A DNA stretch of 64,000 bases from Octopus sinensis (GCF_006345805.1 NC_043005.1:98332001-98396000); one strand, 5' to 3'. Positions 39,480 through 52,080 are shown, counted from the stretch's first letter. Numbers and translations: made by a program. Notes: generated by a model not told the origin, from the sequence alone.

Positions 39480-39602
39480 TTACTCTTCTTCTTCTTCTTT
39501 TTCTTTTTCTTCTTCTTCTTCTTCTTCTTCTTCTTCTTCTTCTTCTTCTTCTCTTCTTCTTCTTCTTCTTCTTTTCTTCTTCTTCCTCCTCCTCCTCTTC
39601 TT
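39480..39602. repeat. (TTC)n/(TCC)n polypyrimidine tract
   Basis: Direct inspection. Confidence 0.95.
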
Positions 39603-39619
39603 CCACATGACTTGTTGAC

Positions 39620-41600
39620 ATTGACTCCAAGTCGAGGGCAAATTTCTCTCCAGGCTATGCAAGATCACATTCCGCATGCCAGCTCTGAGACAGGACACAG
39701 TTCTGAGTCCTGCATAAATTCCTGGACATATGTCATGTGAATCTGACCACCAGGTTTGAACATCCCCATGGGGTTATAGAAAGAAAAGTGCTGTGACGGG
39801 TTGATTTGTTTGAGTGGCCTGTGAATGATTGTTGCCTTTGTTTGATTATCTGACTGATGAGCAGTAAAGATCCATATCGTGACTTGTTTGATATGAGGTC
39901 TGTATAAGAAATGTTGAAGGCCTTGAGCAGAAGTTGAATGTATGTGTTGTCTTGTGAGCACTTTTGGGTACTTTGAGAAACCAGTATTCAAGACCACAGA
40001 ACAAAATAGATTTTATTGTAGCACAAAGCCTGCATAGCATTAGATCATGTGACAGTTGTGGTGCTTTTCAAATATTCCATAGTTTATCAGATGCTGACTG
40101 TGTTAATGTGGCAAAATTAGTGTGACAACAAAATTGCCTGTGGGAGTTGTGTTGGCTGCTGTTGAGCAGCTTTTTAAAGCGGGATTTCCAGTCAGTTAGT
40201 CATTTTTGTGAGTTACTTGTCTTTATTTTTCATACTAGCTCAAATTTTCAGCTAAACAAGTTGTTCCTGGCTTTCCATGCTCTGCTGATTTGCCTGCTGT
40301 CCTCTACTTCTTTTATACTGTTGATTTGATCTTTGATGTTTGCTTTTAGGTTTGCAGTGTGCTACTGAGCTAAGGCTAAGGACGAGACTGCAACAACATT
40401 AAATGTTGCAGTAGCTTTGTTTTGCAGCTGTCAGACTGTCTTCCTGAACTTTGGCATTTTTACAGGGATCTTTCTTGCTTGAGAGTCACATGGTAGGGAC
40501 ACATTGCTCAGCAGTGTATTCCTCCTTCAAGTTCTAGATTGAGTTCAGTGAGTCTACTATTGTATGTTATGAAATAGGATGTATCTGAGGCAGACAGAAG
40601 GAACAAGATATATCTAGGTGGGTTTTTGCTTTTTGGTTGAGTTTTATCATGGTAATAAGGATTTGATGATTTGATTTGAATGGACGAAATGTGTAGGCAT
40701 TGCAATCTGGATAGAATTATGACACTCTTAACAACAATGTGTCTATTTTTGACGGTATTTCTTGTGGGCCCTTGTGCATGAAAACTTTGCCATGGTGCTT
40801 GCAGAAAACTGTGCAGAGAAGAGTACAATCATTGAGAGAAAATTTGAGAAGCTATCAGAGTTTCTATTTGGTTCATCTGAAAATGTCCGGGGCAGGGTCT
40901 GTAGATATGCATCCCAGCCACTGAGGAATGTTAGAAAGGAGTTTCGTCCAATGATATTGATGGTTTGCTACATGTCATCATAGAAGGCATCTGCAGCTTC
41001 TTCTTTCCCTGTAACAAACAATAGCAGCTGGTTTAGGCCATGACTTCAGAGATTTCTTACTGCTGGAAAATGTGGAGTTGAATACCAACTGAGAGATGAA
41101 TGTGACATATTTTAGGGATGTACATGCAAAGGAGATGACCAAGAGACAAATGTCATCAGCATTTACTTCTGTATAGTGTGTCAACTTCCAGCCCTTGTTT
41201 GTATTCTGATATCGATCTTCTTCCTCATATTCAATCCTGTGTCTTTGAATGTTAATGGCTGTGATGCTAAGTCTGTCTGCCTCTTGTCAGTGCACCTTGT
41301 CCCCAAAGTGAGTTCTGCATACTGGTGTTGAAAGAGTCCAGAAGTGTGAATTGTCTAGGGTTGATCTGAGGGGGAAATGGTTTTGGATTAATCCAAGGGT
41401 TGCCATTGTTGTTGACTCTTGTTTCATACTTTTTTCCAGGCCTGCAAGAGTTACAGAGACCTTCTTAAATTGAATGATGTCTCAGCTGGGATAGAAGTAG
41501 TCAATATGCATTTCATTGGAGTTTTCATGGCTTACAGTCTTGAAACAGCTGTATAGTTTGCCAGTCCACGTGCAGGATATTTTTACAAGACACCATGTGT
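39620..41600 (-). mobile_element. Very degraded non-LTR retrotransposon (clade uncertain)
   Basis: VNADDICLL (YADD-like) at about 41160 and CRLC at about 40030. Otherwise too decayed to read. Confidence 0.4.
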
Positions 41601-41749
41601 GTGGATGGTCATTGGCTCACAATGAGCTCATCTGTTCTTTGACGGATCTTGTTTTTAGTCCTGCACTGTCCACAACATCCTCCTCACCTGGAAAACCTTC
41701 GGCAATATGCTGTGCTTGACCCATCAAGCCAAGTGAAATTGTATTCGTA

Positions 41750-41966
41750 GCAGATACTGATGCCATGCAACCGGAAGCCTTGCTGGTGGCACGTAAAAGC
41801 ATCTATTACACTCATGGAGTAGTTGGTATTAGGAAAGGCATCCAGCCATGGAAACCATGCTAAATGAGGTTGGAGTCCAATGCAGCCCCTCAAGTCACCC
41901 GTCCCAGTCAAACCATGCAACCCACTCCAGTTTGGACAATGGACATCAATTGATGATGATGATGAT
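41750..41966 (+). mobile_element. RTE 3' tail fragment
   Basis: ggtggcacgtaaaagc...aggaaaggcatccagcc...aaccc...gatgatgatgat. Smaller copies at about 18040-18250, 30020-30118 and 48015-48230. Confidence 0.6.
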
Positions 41967-42768
41967 TAAATGTATATATTAATATGAGCGCTCATGTCTG
42001 TGTATGTATATAAATATATTTATATTTTTCTGGTTTTTCTTTATTGCAGGTTTTGTGGACAGCTGTGGTAAATATGGAGGCACTTGTGGCGCAACCTTGT
42101 GGACAAATATATACACAAGCTTAGTTACATATGAATGCATGACACACACATATATGAGTATTTGAACACACACAAACACAAAGACACACAAACACTCATG
42201 CACATGCACAAATACTCGCACAAACTCTTATAACAAAGCATAAGAAATAGCAGGTATATATATATATATATACATATATTTTTAATAATTTATTATTATT
42301 ATTAATATAAGGAAATTAATATCCAAACTCGTCATAAGGATATATCTGTGCGAAAGAAATTATTGTATTAAAATATATATAAATTTATAAATATATAAAT
42401 ATAATGTATAAAATAAATTTGATAGTTTAAATATTTTGAATTAATTATTTACGCATCATATATATATATATATATTATATATATATATATGCACGCACGC
42501 ATGCATGTGTGTGTGCATATGTATATGTATATATAGTTATCAAGAGCTCAGTATATATTTCAGATAATTGGGGTGATCATTGGTCATTGATGACAGTGGC
42601 CTTCATGCTTCAAAAATGCATCCTTATATCAACCAATATTATTGTACCTGGCTGCAGAACTGGCTGGCGTGATTGTCAGAGGTGTTGTGTCCAGTTTGTT
42701 GTTACACTGGACACATCCTATGGCCAGCTTTGGTCTTGTAGCACCTCAACCAATTACCAGATTGAATT

Positions 42769-44359
42769 ATGCTAGCCAAACTTCAAAGCGTGGTCAGAGG
42801 TGGTGGTGGTGGAGTTGGGGAAGGCGGGGCTGGAAGAAGAGGAAAAGAAAGAAGTGGTGGTAGTGGTAGTGGTGGGGGAGTTAAGAATAGTTGTAATGTT
42901 GTTGTGGGTGGTGGCGTTGGGGATGCTGGTGGTGGTGGTAGTGTTGGTAGAGGTAGGGGTTGGAGTGTGCAAGAACCAAAGGAAGAGGTCAGAAATAATG
43001 GTAGTGGTAGGAGTTGTGGTAGTGGTAAGAGTGGCAGGAGTGGCAGCAGTGGTGGTGGTGGTGGTGCTAACATTGCAGATGTCCAGAGTGTGAACTCAAA
43101 TTATGGAAGTCTGGAGTCTGACCGTTATAGTGAAGATGTCCAAGATAATGTAATTGACATCAGTAACGTTGGTGGCGTTAGTCGGTGTAATAATGATGAC
43201 AACAACAACGAAAACAACAACAGCGTCAACAACAAAGACAATAATAACGGCAACAACACTGACCACAATGTCGGCAATGACCATAGTAATGGAAGCAGTA
43301 GTTGTGGTGAGAGCAACTATAACAGTGTCCGCAGCAGCAACATAAGCAGTAGTAGCTGTAGTAGTAGTATTAACGGGAACGGTACTAATTGTGGTAGTAG
43401 TAGTAGTAGTTGCAGTATGAGGAAGATGACCAACACTAACAGTGACAGTAGTAACATGTACAGCACGTGCAACGATGTTGAGCATTTGTGTGACTTGTCC
43501 GAGTCCGCAGCAAGTTATACGACGACAGAGGCATCGTATACAAAGTCTGCACCGGAAAAGTGCACAACCCCTTCAACACCAACACCAACACCAAGTACGA
43601 CTACAATTAATATCACCACTACCACAGAAACAAACACGGATACTACTACTACTACTGCTAATAATTATGATAATAATAATAGTAATAATAATAATAATAT
43701 TAATAATAATAATAATAATAATATTTCTACTTCAACAAGAGTAAGGAAGTTTACGTGTCACAGTATTGGCAGCAGCAGTTGTAGTAACAGTTGTAGTAGC
43801 ATGTGCAGCTGCAACAAGAGCAACAGTTGTTGCAACAATCAGGTGCAACCACTATGTGCAGAAGTTTCTTTCAACGGTAAGAGTAATACTTATAGCAACA
43901 AGTGCAGCTGCAACAGCAATGATAGCAATAACATCATTGATAGACAACCGCAAGATCACATTACTCTGGGTGGCGCCGTAAAGCGGCCCAACAGTAGAAC
44001 TAGCGTAGAAAGCAAAAAACTCCATAACCATGTCGAGGCCCTAAAAGACATGGAACCAAGTTTAGTTGTTGCTAATTCTAAAGCTTCAACAATGCCTCCA
44101 AGTACAGCATCTGCTATTGTAGCGGCGGCACGTCGGACTCAGTCATACAACCACAAAACTGTGCAAACTGCAATGATTCAGAAACCACCCGAAAGACGGG
44201 TGACAGCATTTGAAAGGATATCCACGGATTTGGAAACAAATCCAAAACTCATCCGAGAACTTTCACTTGGAAAGAGGATTGGTTTCTATCGGATCCGAGG
44301 AGAATTGGGCAGTGGTAATTTTTCATCAGTGAAGCTTGGCATTCATACTTTGGTAAAAG
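42769..44359 (+). CDS. NIM1K: NIM1K Ser/Thr kinase, coding exon 1 (low-complexity N-terminus plus kinase subdomain I)
   Basis: Open frame ends ...VTAFERISTDLETNPKLIRELSLGKRIGFYRIRGELGSGNFSSVKLGIHTLVK, matching the remembered NIM1K motif LGKRIGFYRIRGEIGSGNFSQVKLGIH. Donor AAA G|gtaagt at 44360 (phase 1). In-frame TGA at 42763 precedes ATG 42769. The true start is uncertain (alternative ATG 44050). Confidence 0.88.
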
Positions 44360-44664
44360 GTAAGTTTACAATCTACTTATATTTGAAAAAAAATTTTTTA
44401 GTTAAATAAGCAGTAGCATGAAGCTGTGATGGAAAAATAAACAAACTTTAGGTTAGTTCGAGTGAGTTTGGGTCATATTTCAGCTTCTAAAGGCAATTAC
44501 ACCAGATATACATTTCTGGCTCTTTAACCATCTTCAACAGTGGACACCAAAGAAAGAGAGAGTGAAAGAGAGAGTGTGTGTGTGTTTGCACATGCATGTG
44601 TGTGCATACATGGACTAATGCATAATGATGAAAGATATAAACAAAATCAGTGTTGTAGTAAAGA

Positions 44665-44950
44665 GGTTTAGGACGAATGTTGCTGTAATTTAGCCCCAGG
44701 AGACATTGTCTCAAAACAATATCTGTGCATTGTGATTTGCAGGTTATTTCCCTTCATCAACACAGAATAATTGTTCGGCTGTGCTGATGAAGAGAAATAA
44801 CCCAGAAATTGTGATACACAGATATTGTTTTGAGCTGAGTTGGGGAGCTAGATTCCCTTGCTCGAAAATATAAGGACACAGATTGTGTCGTATAGCTAGC
44901 TGGAGACGAAGTTTCCTGGGGCTAAATTACAGCAACATTTGTCTTAAACC
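44665..44950. mobile_element. Nested inverted repeat with two decayed hammerheads (Penelope-type remnant) in NIM1K intron 1
   Basis: Outer IR 44665-44704 / 44911-44950. Inner IR 44710-44765 / 44779-44834. Plus-strand copy reads ctgtg CTGATGA agagaaataaccca GAAA ttgtga TA cacag. Confidence 0.7.
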
Positions 44951-45811
44951 AGGACTACCATGTTATGTTGGCAAATAATCTTTACTACAAAGTACTGTTG
45001 CTGAATATCTCTTGTTGTCAGATTTTAAAATAGTAATTTTCTAAAATCAGTGTTTTTCAATCAAAGTCCCTTGTGGTATTTGTTCTGCTCCAAGCTACTG
45101 ACACTCGCTTGTCCATTCTCACTGTCTTAAATGCAATGAACCAAAGAGTGACACTTTGTGAAACTGTAACTACTGATGCTGTTGTTCATCAATAATAACA
45201 TAAAATTTATAAATAAGTAAGTACTGGGATCAATATAATTTGTGGATCAATATCATGCATGGCTTTGTTTCTATGTTAGAAATCAATATTTAGTAGCATG
45301 TGGTGAGATGCTGTATTGTGCTGAAGCAGAACCATCCAACCAAAACCATGCCATAAAAAAATGAAAGTAAAACAATGATGCTGATGATGATGACAATGAT
45401 GATGGTGGTGATACTGCTGCTGCTGCTGATGATGATGATGATGTTCCTTTATGTTCTGAGTTCAAATCCCACCACAATTGAATTTGCCTCTTTGGCTCAG
45501 CCCCACCACCATTTTTTTGTTTTGCGAGAACTCTTTTCAGGACTTCTGAGATTAATGAAAAGAAAAGAGCAAGTTATTATCATTATAAAGTAACTTACCA
45601 ACATCAGTTGTCAAGAAGGACAGTAGGGGAACATATACATGGACACAAAGAAGCACACATACATATTTTATATATATATATATACACATACACACACACA
45701 TACACACACACACACACATATGTATATATACACTTTATTTAAAAGCAGCAAAAATATCACAAAAACTGTTACTCAGAGTTTCATGTTCTCATTTGTCAGA
45801 CAGGTTTGTTT

Positions 45812-45849
<38 letters not shown>

Positions 45850-46089
45850 GAGTTGTCTAAGAGACTATAAGTCAGGAAAAAGATGCACTCATATCTCTGT
45901 CAGTAGAGTGGGTATTCAAAATGTATAGTATTAGATATCCATCATGGCTGGTCTTACCAATTGGTTTCGCATAAAAAATATAATGGATTGTTAGGTAACA
46001 AGCCAATTATATAACATCATGCTCATCAGAGGTAGCTGATATGGAAGGGAATATGGTGACTGCTTTCTATTGTCTTAGGTGGATTACCA

Positions 46090-46383
46090 CAACCAGTCAG
46101 TGGTTGCTGGGAAAAGGGTGGTGGAATGAAAAAGGGGCCGGAGGATTAGTTTGGGAGTTATGTCCCTTGGTTGGGTGTACTGTGAAGCTGGCAAATGACA
46201 CCACTACACATTCCACACACCCCTATCCCCACAGGAACATCACGTTAATAATACACACTTTCCCCACTTCAAGATAACCTTTGCTGGCTTAACAGCATAC
46301 CCAATCAAGGGACATAACTCCTAAACTAATCCCATGGCCCCTTTTTCATTCCACCACCCTTTTCACTGCAACTGCTGACCAGT
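46090..46383. mobile_element. Fold-back / MITE-like element, about 100-bp arms with about 85-bp spacer
   Basis: gaaaagggtggtggaatgaaaaaggggcc..gggagttatgtcccttggttgggt mirrored by acccaatcaagggacataactcc..ggcccctttttcattccaccacccttttc. Confidence 0.75.
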
Positions 46384-46501
46384 TGTGCTAACCTACCTCC
46401 AACAATAATATTAGGGTAATAAGAATTATAGAAATTTTTATTACCAGTGGCCTAGCTCAAAAAAATTTAGTCAATAGATTATATATATATATTCATATAA
46501 A

Positions 46502-46650
46502 ATATCGTGTACATTAAAACACATCAAGAGGCTTCCATCGTAGGAAAGCCTTGCGCTAGAAAGAGCAGTGGTTTGAGTTGTTTACTGCTCTTTCTAGCGC
46601 AAGGCTTTCCTATGACGAAGCCTCTTAATGTGTTTTAATGTACATGATAT
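46502..46650. repeat. Palindrome with about 67-bp arms and 14-nt spacer
   Basis: atatcgtgtacattaaaacac...ctagaaagagcagt / actgctctttctag...gtgttttaatgtacatgatat. Confidence 0.85.
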
Positions 46651-47177
46651 ATATATATATACATACACACACATATATATATATGTGTGTGTGTTTGTTG
46701 TGTCTGTATTTACCCACCACCACCACCACCATTTGAAAACTGGTGTTAGTGTGTTTACATCCTTGTAACTTAGTGCTTCTGCAAATGTGTGATGTACCAG
46801 GATTTACAAAAAATAATTAGTGCTGAGATTGATTCATTAGACTAAAATTCTTCAAGGTGGTGCCCCAGCATGGCCTCAATTTAATGACTGAAACAAGTAA
46901 AAGATAAAAGATAGTTTCCCCCAGCCTGATTCACTCACAAAGCCTGATTTGGCGCCATAGCAGAATGCACCAAACTCAAATGCTTGTAACAAAGTGAACT
47001 CCTCTCTAGGCAGACAGGTTTCAGTAGGCTTTATTAAACTTGGTGACAGCCTAAGTCTGTCTATAACCCATGGTAATCTGCCTGTGACCTGCAAATGCAG
47101 GGCTGGTGGGGATACATTGATGCTGTAAGTACTGAGGTTAACTTTATCAACTGTTCCCTCTTTTAGTAAATGTGATG

Positions 47178-47480
47178 CATTTGTTCCTTCTCGAGCCATG
47201 CCTGGCTCATAAGGACCGGTTTCCCGGTTTCATTGGTGTATCGGTTCCCCACCTGGACAGGACGCCGGTCCATCGCAGGTGAGCTGCTAGATGCAGGAGG
47301 AAAGAGTGAAAGAAAGTTGTGGTGAAAGAGTCAGCAGAAGTTCACCATTACTTTCTGCTGGAGCCGCATGGAGCTTAGGTGTTTCGCTCATAAACACACA
47401 CATCGCCCAGTCTGAGATTCAAACCCGTGATCCCTCGACCGCGAGTCCGCTGCTCTATCCACTAGGCCATGTGCCTCCAC
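47178..47480 (-). mobile_element. tRNA-derived SINE with V-domain-like centre
   Basis: Minus strand tggcctagtggatagagc..gggtttgaatc..tgcgatggaccggcgtcctgtccagg. 11-bp TSD taaatgtgatg at 47167-47177 and 47481-47491. Confidence 0.82.
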
Positions 47481-48251
47481 TAAATGTGATGAGGTGTTGT
47501 GAAGATTTTTTCAAAAATCTGTTATTAGTACTGATGTCTGGAGGACAGGGAGATACAGATTATATAGTGTCAAGTGAAACGTAAAATGCCTTGTGACAAT
47601 TGTTATATTCTTTGATGTTCTGAATTACCAACTGGGTTAATTTTTGTCTTTCTCTCTTATGGGTTCCCCACCCAAAAAATTAGAAAGTAATTGTCAAATA
47701 TGGAGGTAAATTTGATAGACATTTTTTCACACCTTACACTAAAAAATATGGGCTTGTTTTCTCTTTTTTTTTTGTCAGTGAAATCCATTATGGATTGACA
47801 GAATCAGTAGAGTGTGAAACAAAATAATTATACCTTTATAATTTCAACTGAAATCCTGTTAAGGAAAACAAAAACAAAATTTCCTTTCATGTTACTGAAG
47901 CATGGTAAAAAGGAAGTATATATGTGTTACATACTGAACAATCAATTTGATAAACTTCTACCTTCTCTCATCCTTAATTTGGTGGCCTTACATCAAATAG
48001 GTGACACAACAACAATAACATCATCATCATCATCATCATCTAACATCCATGTTCGATGCTGGCATGTGTCAGATGATCCAAGGACTGCATCAGGTGTTAA
48101 TGTCTGCTTTGGCATGGATTTCATGGTTGGTTGCCCTTCCTAAAGCCAAACACCTTACAGTGTGCATTGGGTGCTTTTTCATGCCACCTGCACTTTTGAG
48201 GTTGTCATGCAGTTCGCAGGATTCTGAACCCTGAAGAAGGTGGGCAGAGCA

Positions 48252-48390
48252 GGTTTCTGGGGGTTTATTATTCAAACCTGAAAAAATTCCTCTTAATACA
48301 TGGCTATGATGCTCCCCTACCACTCTTGCTCGTGATCAGAGATGCACGTATCATCAGCCTCTAATGGACATGCTCAACTACTTAAGGTCC
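48252..48390 (-). mobile_element. Older partial copy (other half) of the 484-bp element
   Basis: Matches about 54525-54660 (catggctatgatgctcccc...gatcagagatgcac...gacatgctcaact...aaggtc). Confidence 0.6.
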
Positions 48391-48420
48391 TATTACTACT
48401 ACTACTATTATTATTATTGC

Positions 48421-48465
<45 letters not shown>

Positions 48466-48514
48466 TATTACTATTATTACTATTATTACTATTATTATTA
48501 TTATTATTATTATT

Positions 48515-48736
48515 GAGTGAGCGAGCAGAGCATGCCATCAAAGTGACACTGGGATAAAATATACGAAGCCTAGTATACCCATCATGACTACCCGTCTGAT
48601 AAGGGTACACCAGGCACATGCATCACAACCATATGTGCGCGATGTGGTGATCTCATATCAAGATAAACAGCACATGACCTTGCAGGTGGAGCCCAGTTAG
48701 AATTTTCTTCAGATCGAGTAACCCATCCCGCTCAAA
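48515..48736 (-). mobile_element. Truncated copy of the 484-bp TAA-associated element
   Basis: Matches 54257-54478 (gagtgag.gagcag.gcatgccatcaaagtgacactggg...cccatcccgctcaaa). Flanked by TAT/TAA arrays. Confidence 0.75.
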
Positions 48737-48795
48737 ATAATAATAATTATTATTATTATTATCATTACTATTATTACTATTATTACTATTATTAC

Positions 48796-48834
<39 letters not shown>

Positions 48835-49075
48835 TACTACTATTATTATTATTGCTATTATTATTATTATATATTATTATTATTATTATATTATTATTAT
48901 TATTATTATTATACTATTATTATTATTATATTATTATTATTATTATTATATTATTATATTATTATTACTATTATTATTATTGCTATTATTATTATTATTA
49001 TATTATTATTATTATTATTATTACTATTATTACTATTATTACTATTATTATTATTATTATTATTATTATATTATT
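48737..49075. repeat. Long imperfect (ATT)n array
   Basis: Direct inspection. Further arrays at about 48391-48514, 49445-49580, 50120-50170, 53757-53796, 54205-54256, 54741-54849, 54996-55054, 59460-59518 and 61175-61240. Confidence 0.95.
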
Positions 49076-49542
<467 letters not shown>

Positions 49543-49584
49543 CAATATCATTATCATCATCATCATCATCATTATTATTATTTA

Positions 49585-50020
49585 TGGTGGCAAAGGCAGC
49601 TGACAGATTCGTTATCATACTGGACAAAATGCTTAGCAGTATTTCGCCTGTCACTACGTTCTGAGTTCAAATTCTGCCAAGGTTGACTTTACCTTTCATC
49701 CTTTCGGGGTTGATAAAATAAGTACCAGTTGAACTCTAGGGCTGATGTAATTGACTCATCCCACCTCCCCCAAACTGCCCTTGTGGCAAAAATTTGAAAT
49801 GATTATTATTTATGGTGATGAGCTGGTAGAAAGGTTAGGGCACTGAGCAAAATGCTTTGTGGCACTTTGACCGTCTTTATGTTCTGAGTTCAAATGCTAC
49901 TGGGTAAACTTTGTTTTCATCCTTTCAAGGTCAATAAAATAAGTACCAGTTAAACGCTGGGCCTGATGTAATCAACTTGCCCCCTACCCGAAATTGCTGG
50001 CCTTGTGTCAAAATTTGAAA
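49585..50020 (+). mobile_element. Two consecutive family A variant SINEs upstream of exon 2
   Basis: gttctgagttcaaat..tttcatcctttc..aaataagtaccagtt..ccttgtg.caaaatttgaaa occurs at about 49585-49800 and 49815-50020, each followed by ATT/ATC repeats. Confidence 0.75.
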
Positions 50021-50131
50021 CCATCATCATTATCATCATTGTTATTGATATTATCTTTATCATTATCATTATTTGTCCCTATTTGTATAGTGTTCGGCCC
50101 TTGTGGTCAATAAAGAAAAGATTATTATTAC

Positions 50132-50164
<33 letters not shown>

Positions 50165-50186
50165 CATTATTCGTTCATTTTTATAG

Positions 50187-50455
50187 AAAAAGTTGCAATA
50201 AAAATTTTGGACAAAACCCGCCTTGATTTGAAAACTCAGCGCCTGTTGTCAAGAGAGATTGAAATTATGGAACACCTACGGCACCCTAATATTATACGAT
50301 TATACGAAGTTGTAGAAACACTAGCCAAGGTACATTTGATCATGGAATATGCACCAGGTGGAGAGCTTTTTACCAAACTATCGAACGAAGGGCGACTAAC
50401 GGAACCTGAGGCAAAATTCATCTTTGCTCAGATACTTTCTGCTGTTGAACACATG
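50187..50455 (+). CDS. NIM1K: NIM1K coding exon 2 (kinase subdomains II-VIa)
   Basis: Acceptor ttcatttttatag|AA (phase 1, completes GAA). Reads EKVAIKILDKTRLDLKTQRLLSREIEIMEHLRHPNIIRLYEVVE...MEYAPGGELF...AVEHM. Donor ATG|gtaagg at 50456 (phase 0). Length 269 nt. Confidence 0.96.
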
Positions 50456-50611
50456 GTAAGGTTCAGTTTTGTATGTTTGTATATATGGTATGCATGTCAA
50501 CTTAATCCCTTTGTCTGTCCTTGTTTGTCCCCTCTATGTTTAGCCCCTTGTGGGCAATAAAGAAATATATAACAGATACGTTTCAAGTGTGGATATTTAT
50601 GAAAAAAAAAG

Positions 50612-50850
50612 AAAGAAAGGTGGCAAGTTGGCAGAAACGTTAGCGTGCCAGGCGAAATGCATAGTTGTATTTCGTCTGTGCTACGTTATGAGTTCAAATT
50701 CCGCCAAGGTCAACTTTGCCTTTCATCCTTTCGGGGTCGATTAAATAAGTACCGTTTACGCACTGGGGTCAATATAATCGACTAAATCCGTTTGTCTGTC
50801 CTTGTTTGTCCTCTCTGTGTTTAGCCCCTTGTGGGTAGTAAAGAAATAGG
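50612..50850 (+). mobile_element. Family A SINE
   Basis: ggcaagttggcagaaacgttagc...gagttcaaattccgcc...gtagtaaagaaatagg. An isolated tail also lies at about 50495-50548. Confidence 0.85.
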
Positions 50851-51066
50851 TATGCATGTGGTTAAGATGTTCAGCTCATGATCATACTGCTGTGGGTTCA
50901 ATACCCAGACTGGGGTGCATGTTGTATTTTTGATCACAGCATTTCATCTTATGCTGGTCCATTCTATTTAACTGGAAAATGATTGCCATCTGACAATAAT
51001 TAATGTATAAGAAAAATTATGTACCAAACCACATAGCTTCACAAACAATACTTAAGAATATAGATT

Positions 51067-51295
51067 TCTTTATTGTCCACAAGGGGCTAAACATAGAGGG
51101 GACAAACAAGGACAGACAAAGGGGTTAAGTCGATTACATAGACCCCAGTGCGAAACTGATACTTTATTTATCGATCCCGAAAGGATGAAAGGCAAAGTCA
51201 ACCTCGGCGGAATTTGAACTCAGAGCATAACGACAGACTAAATACCGCTATGCATTTCGCCTGGCACATTAACGTGTCTGCCAGCTCACCACCTT
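51067..51295 (-). mobile_element. Family A SINE with 15-bp TSD
   Basis: TSD ttaagaatatagatt at 51052-51066 and 51296-51310. Confidence 0.88.
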
Positions 51296-51754
51296 TTAAG
51301 AATATAGATTTAGTTTTGTTCTAAAGAGTATTTTTTTTAGGCAAAGATGAGGTTAGACAGGGGTCAAATACCGTTTTAGGGTCTCTGAGATGGTAGGGAG
51401 GATGGGATTAAGTTATTTTCAGACTGAAAACCAGACCTATACAGAATGAACACCATCCTATCTATGCATGTGAATATATAGGTTTGTTCTTGTATTTATA
51501 CCTAGGTGTCGGTGTTTAAGATTTACATGCATGTCTTCACTTGTATTTGTTCTGTATCATGGCATCGATCAGACTACCAGATGTTGTTATACATCACTGG
51601 TTACAATGCACATCACATTGTTTAAGTTTTTTAATAATGCCACGTCTCTGGCTAGGTAAGACGGTCAATTGCCTTCTATGTATTTCTATAATATTTAGTT
51701 ACTTTATCGAACTTCTAGACTATAAATATATTTTCATCTTTTACTTGTTTTACT

Positions 51755-52080
51755 CAGTAGACTGTGGCCATGCTGGAGTACTGCCTTGAAAGGCTTAGTC
51801 AAACAAACTGACCCCAGGACATATTTTTTAAAGTCTGGTACTTATTCTATTGGTCTTTATTACCAAACCACTAAGTTGCAAGGATGTAAACAAACCAAGT
51901 TGTCAAGTAGTAGAGGAACAAACACTAGTACAAATCATACACACACACGTAAATATGACAGGCTTCTATGCAGTTTCTGTCTACCAAATTCACTCACAAT
52001 GTATTGGTCATCTTGAGGCCATAGCAGAAGACATTTGCTCAAGGTGATGCACAGTGGGACTGGGTCAGAGTATTCTTGGG
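51755..52080 (-). mobile_element. Family C SINE
   Basis: Homologous to 53797-54150. Other partial copies at about 1890-2010, 5905-6045, 6140-6240, 27300-27535 and 46690-46912. Confidence 0.75.

Noticed and set aside
42772-43485. Several minus-strand ORFs over NIM1K exon 1
   Set aside because: They are complementary readings of triplet repeats (poly-Thr, poly-Pro, poly-Val) with no independent evidence.
48590-48620. CTGATAAGGGTACACC in the 484-bp element
   Set aside because: G8 is absent and no GAAA follows, so it is not a hammerhead.
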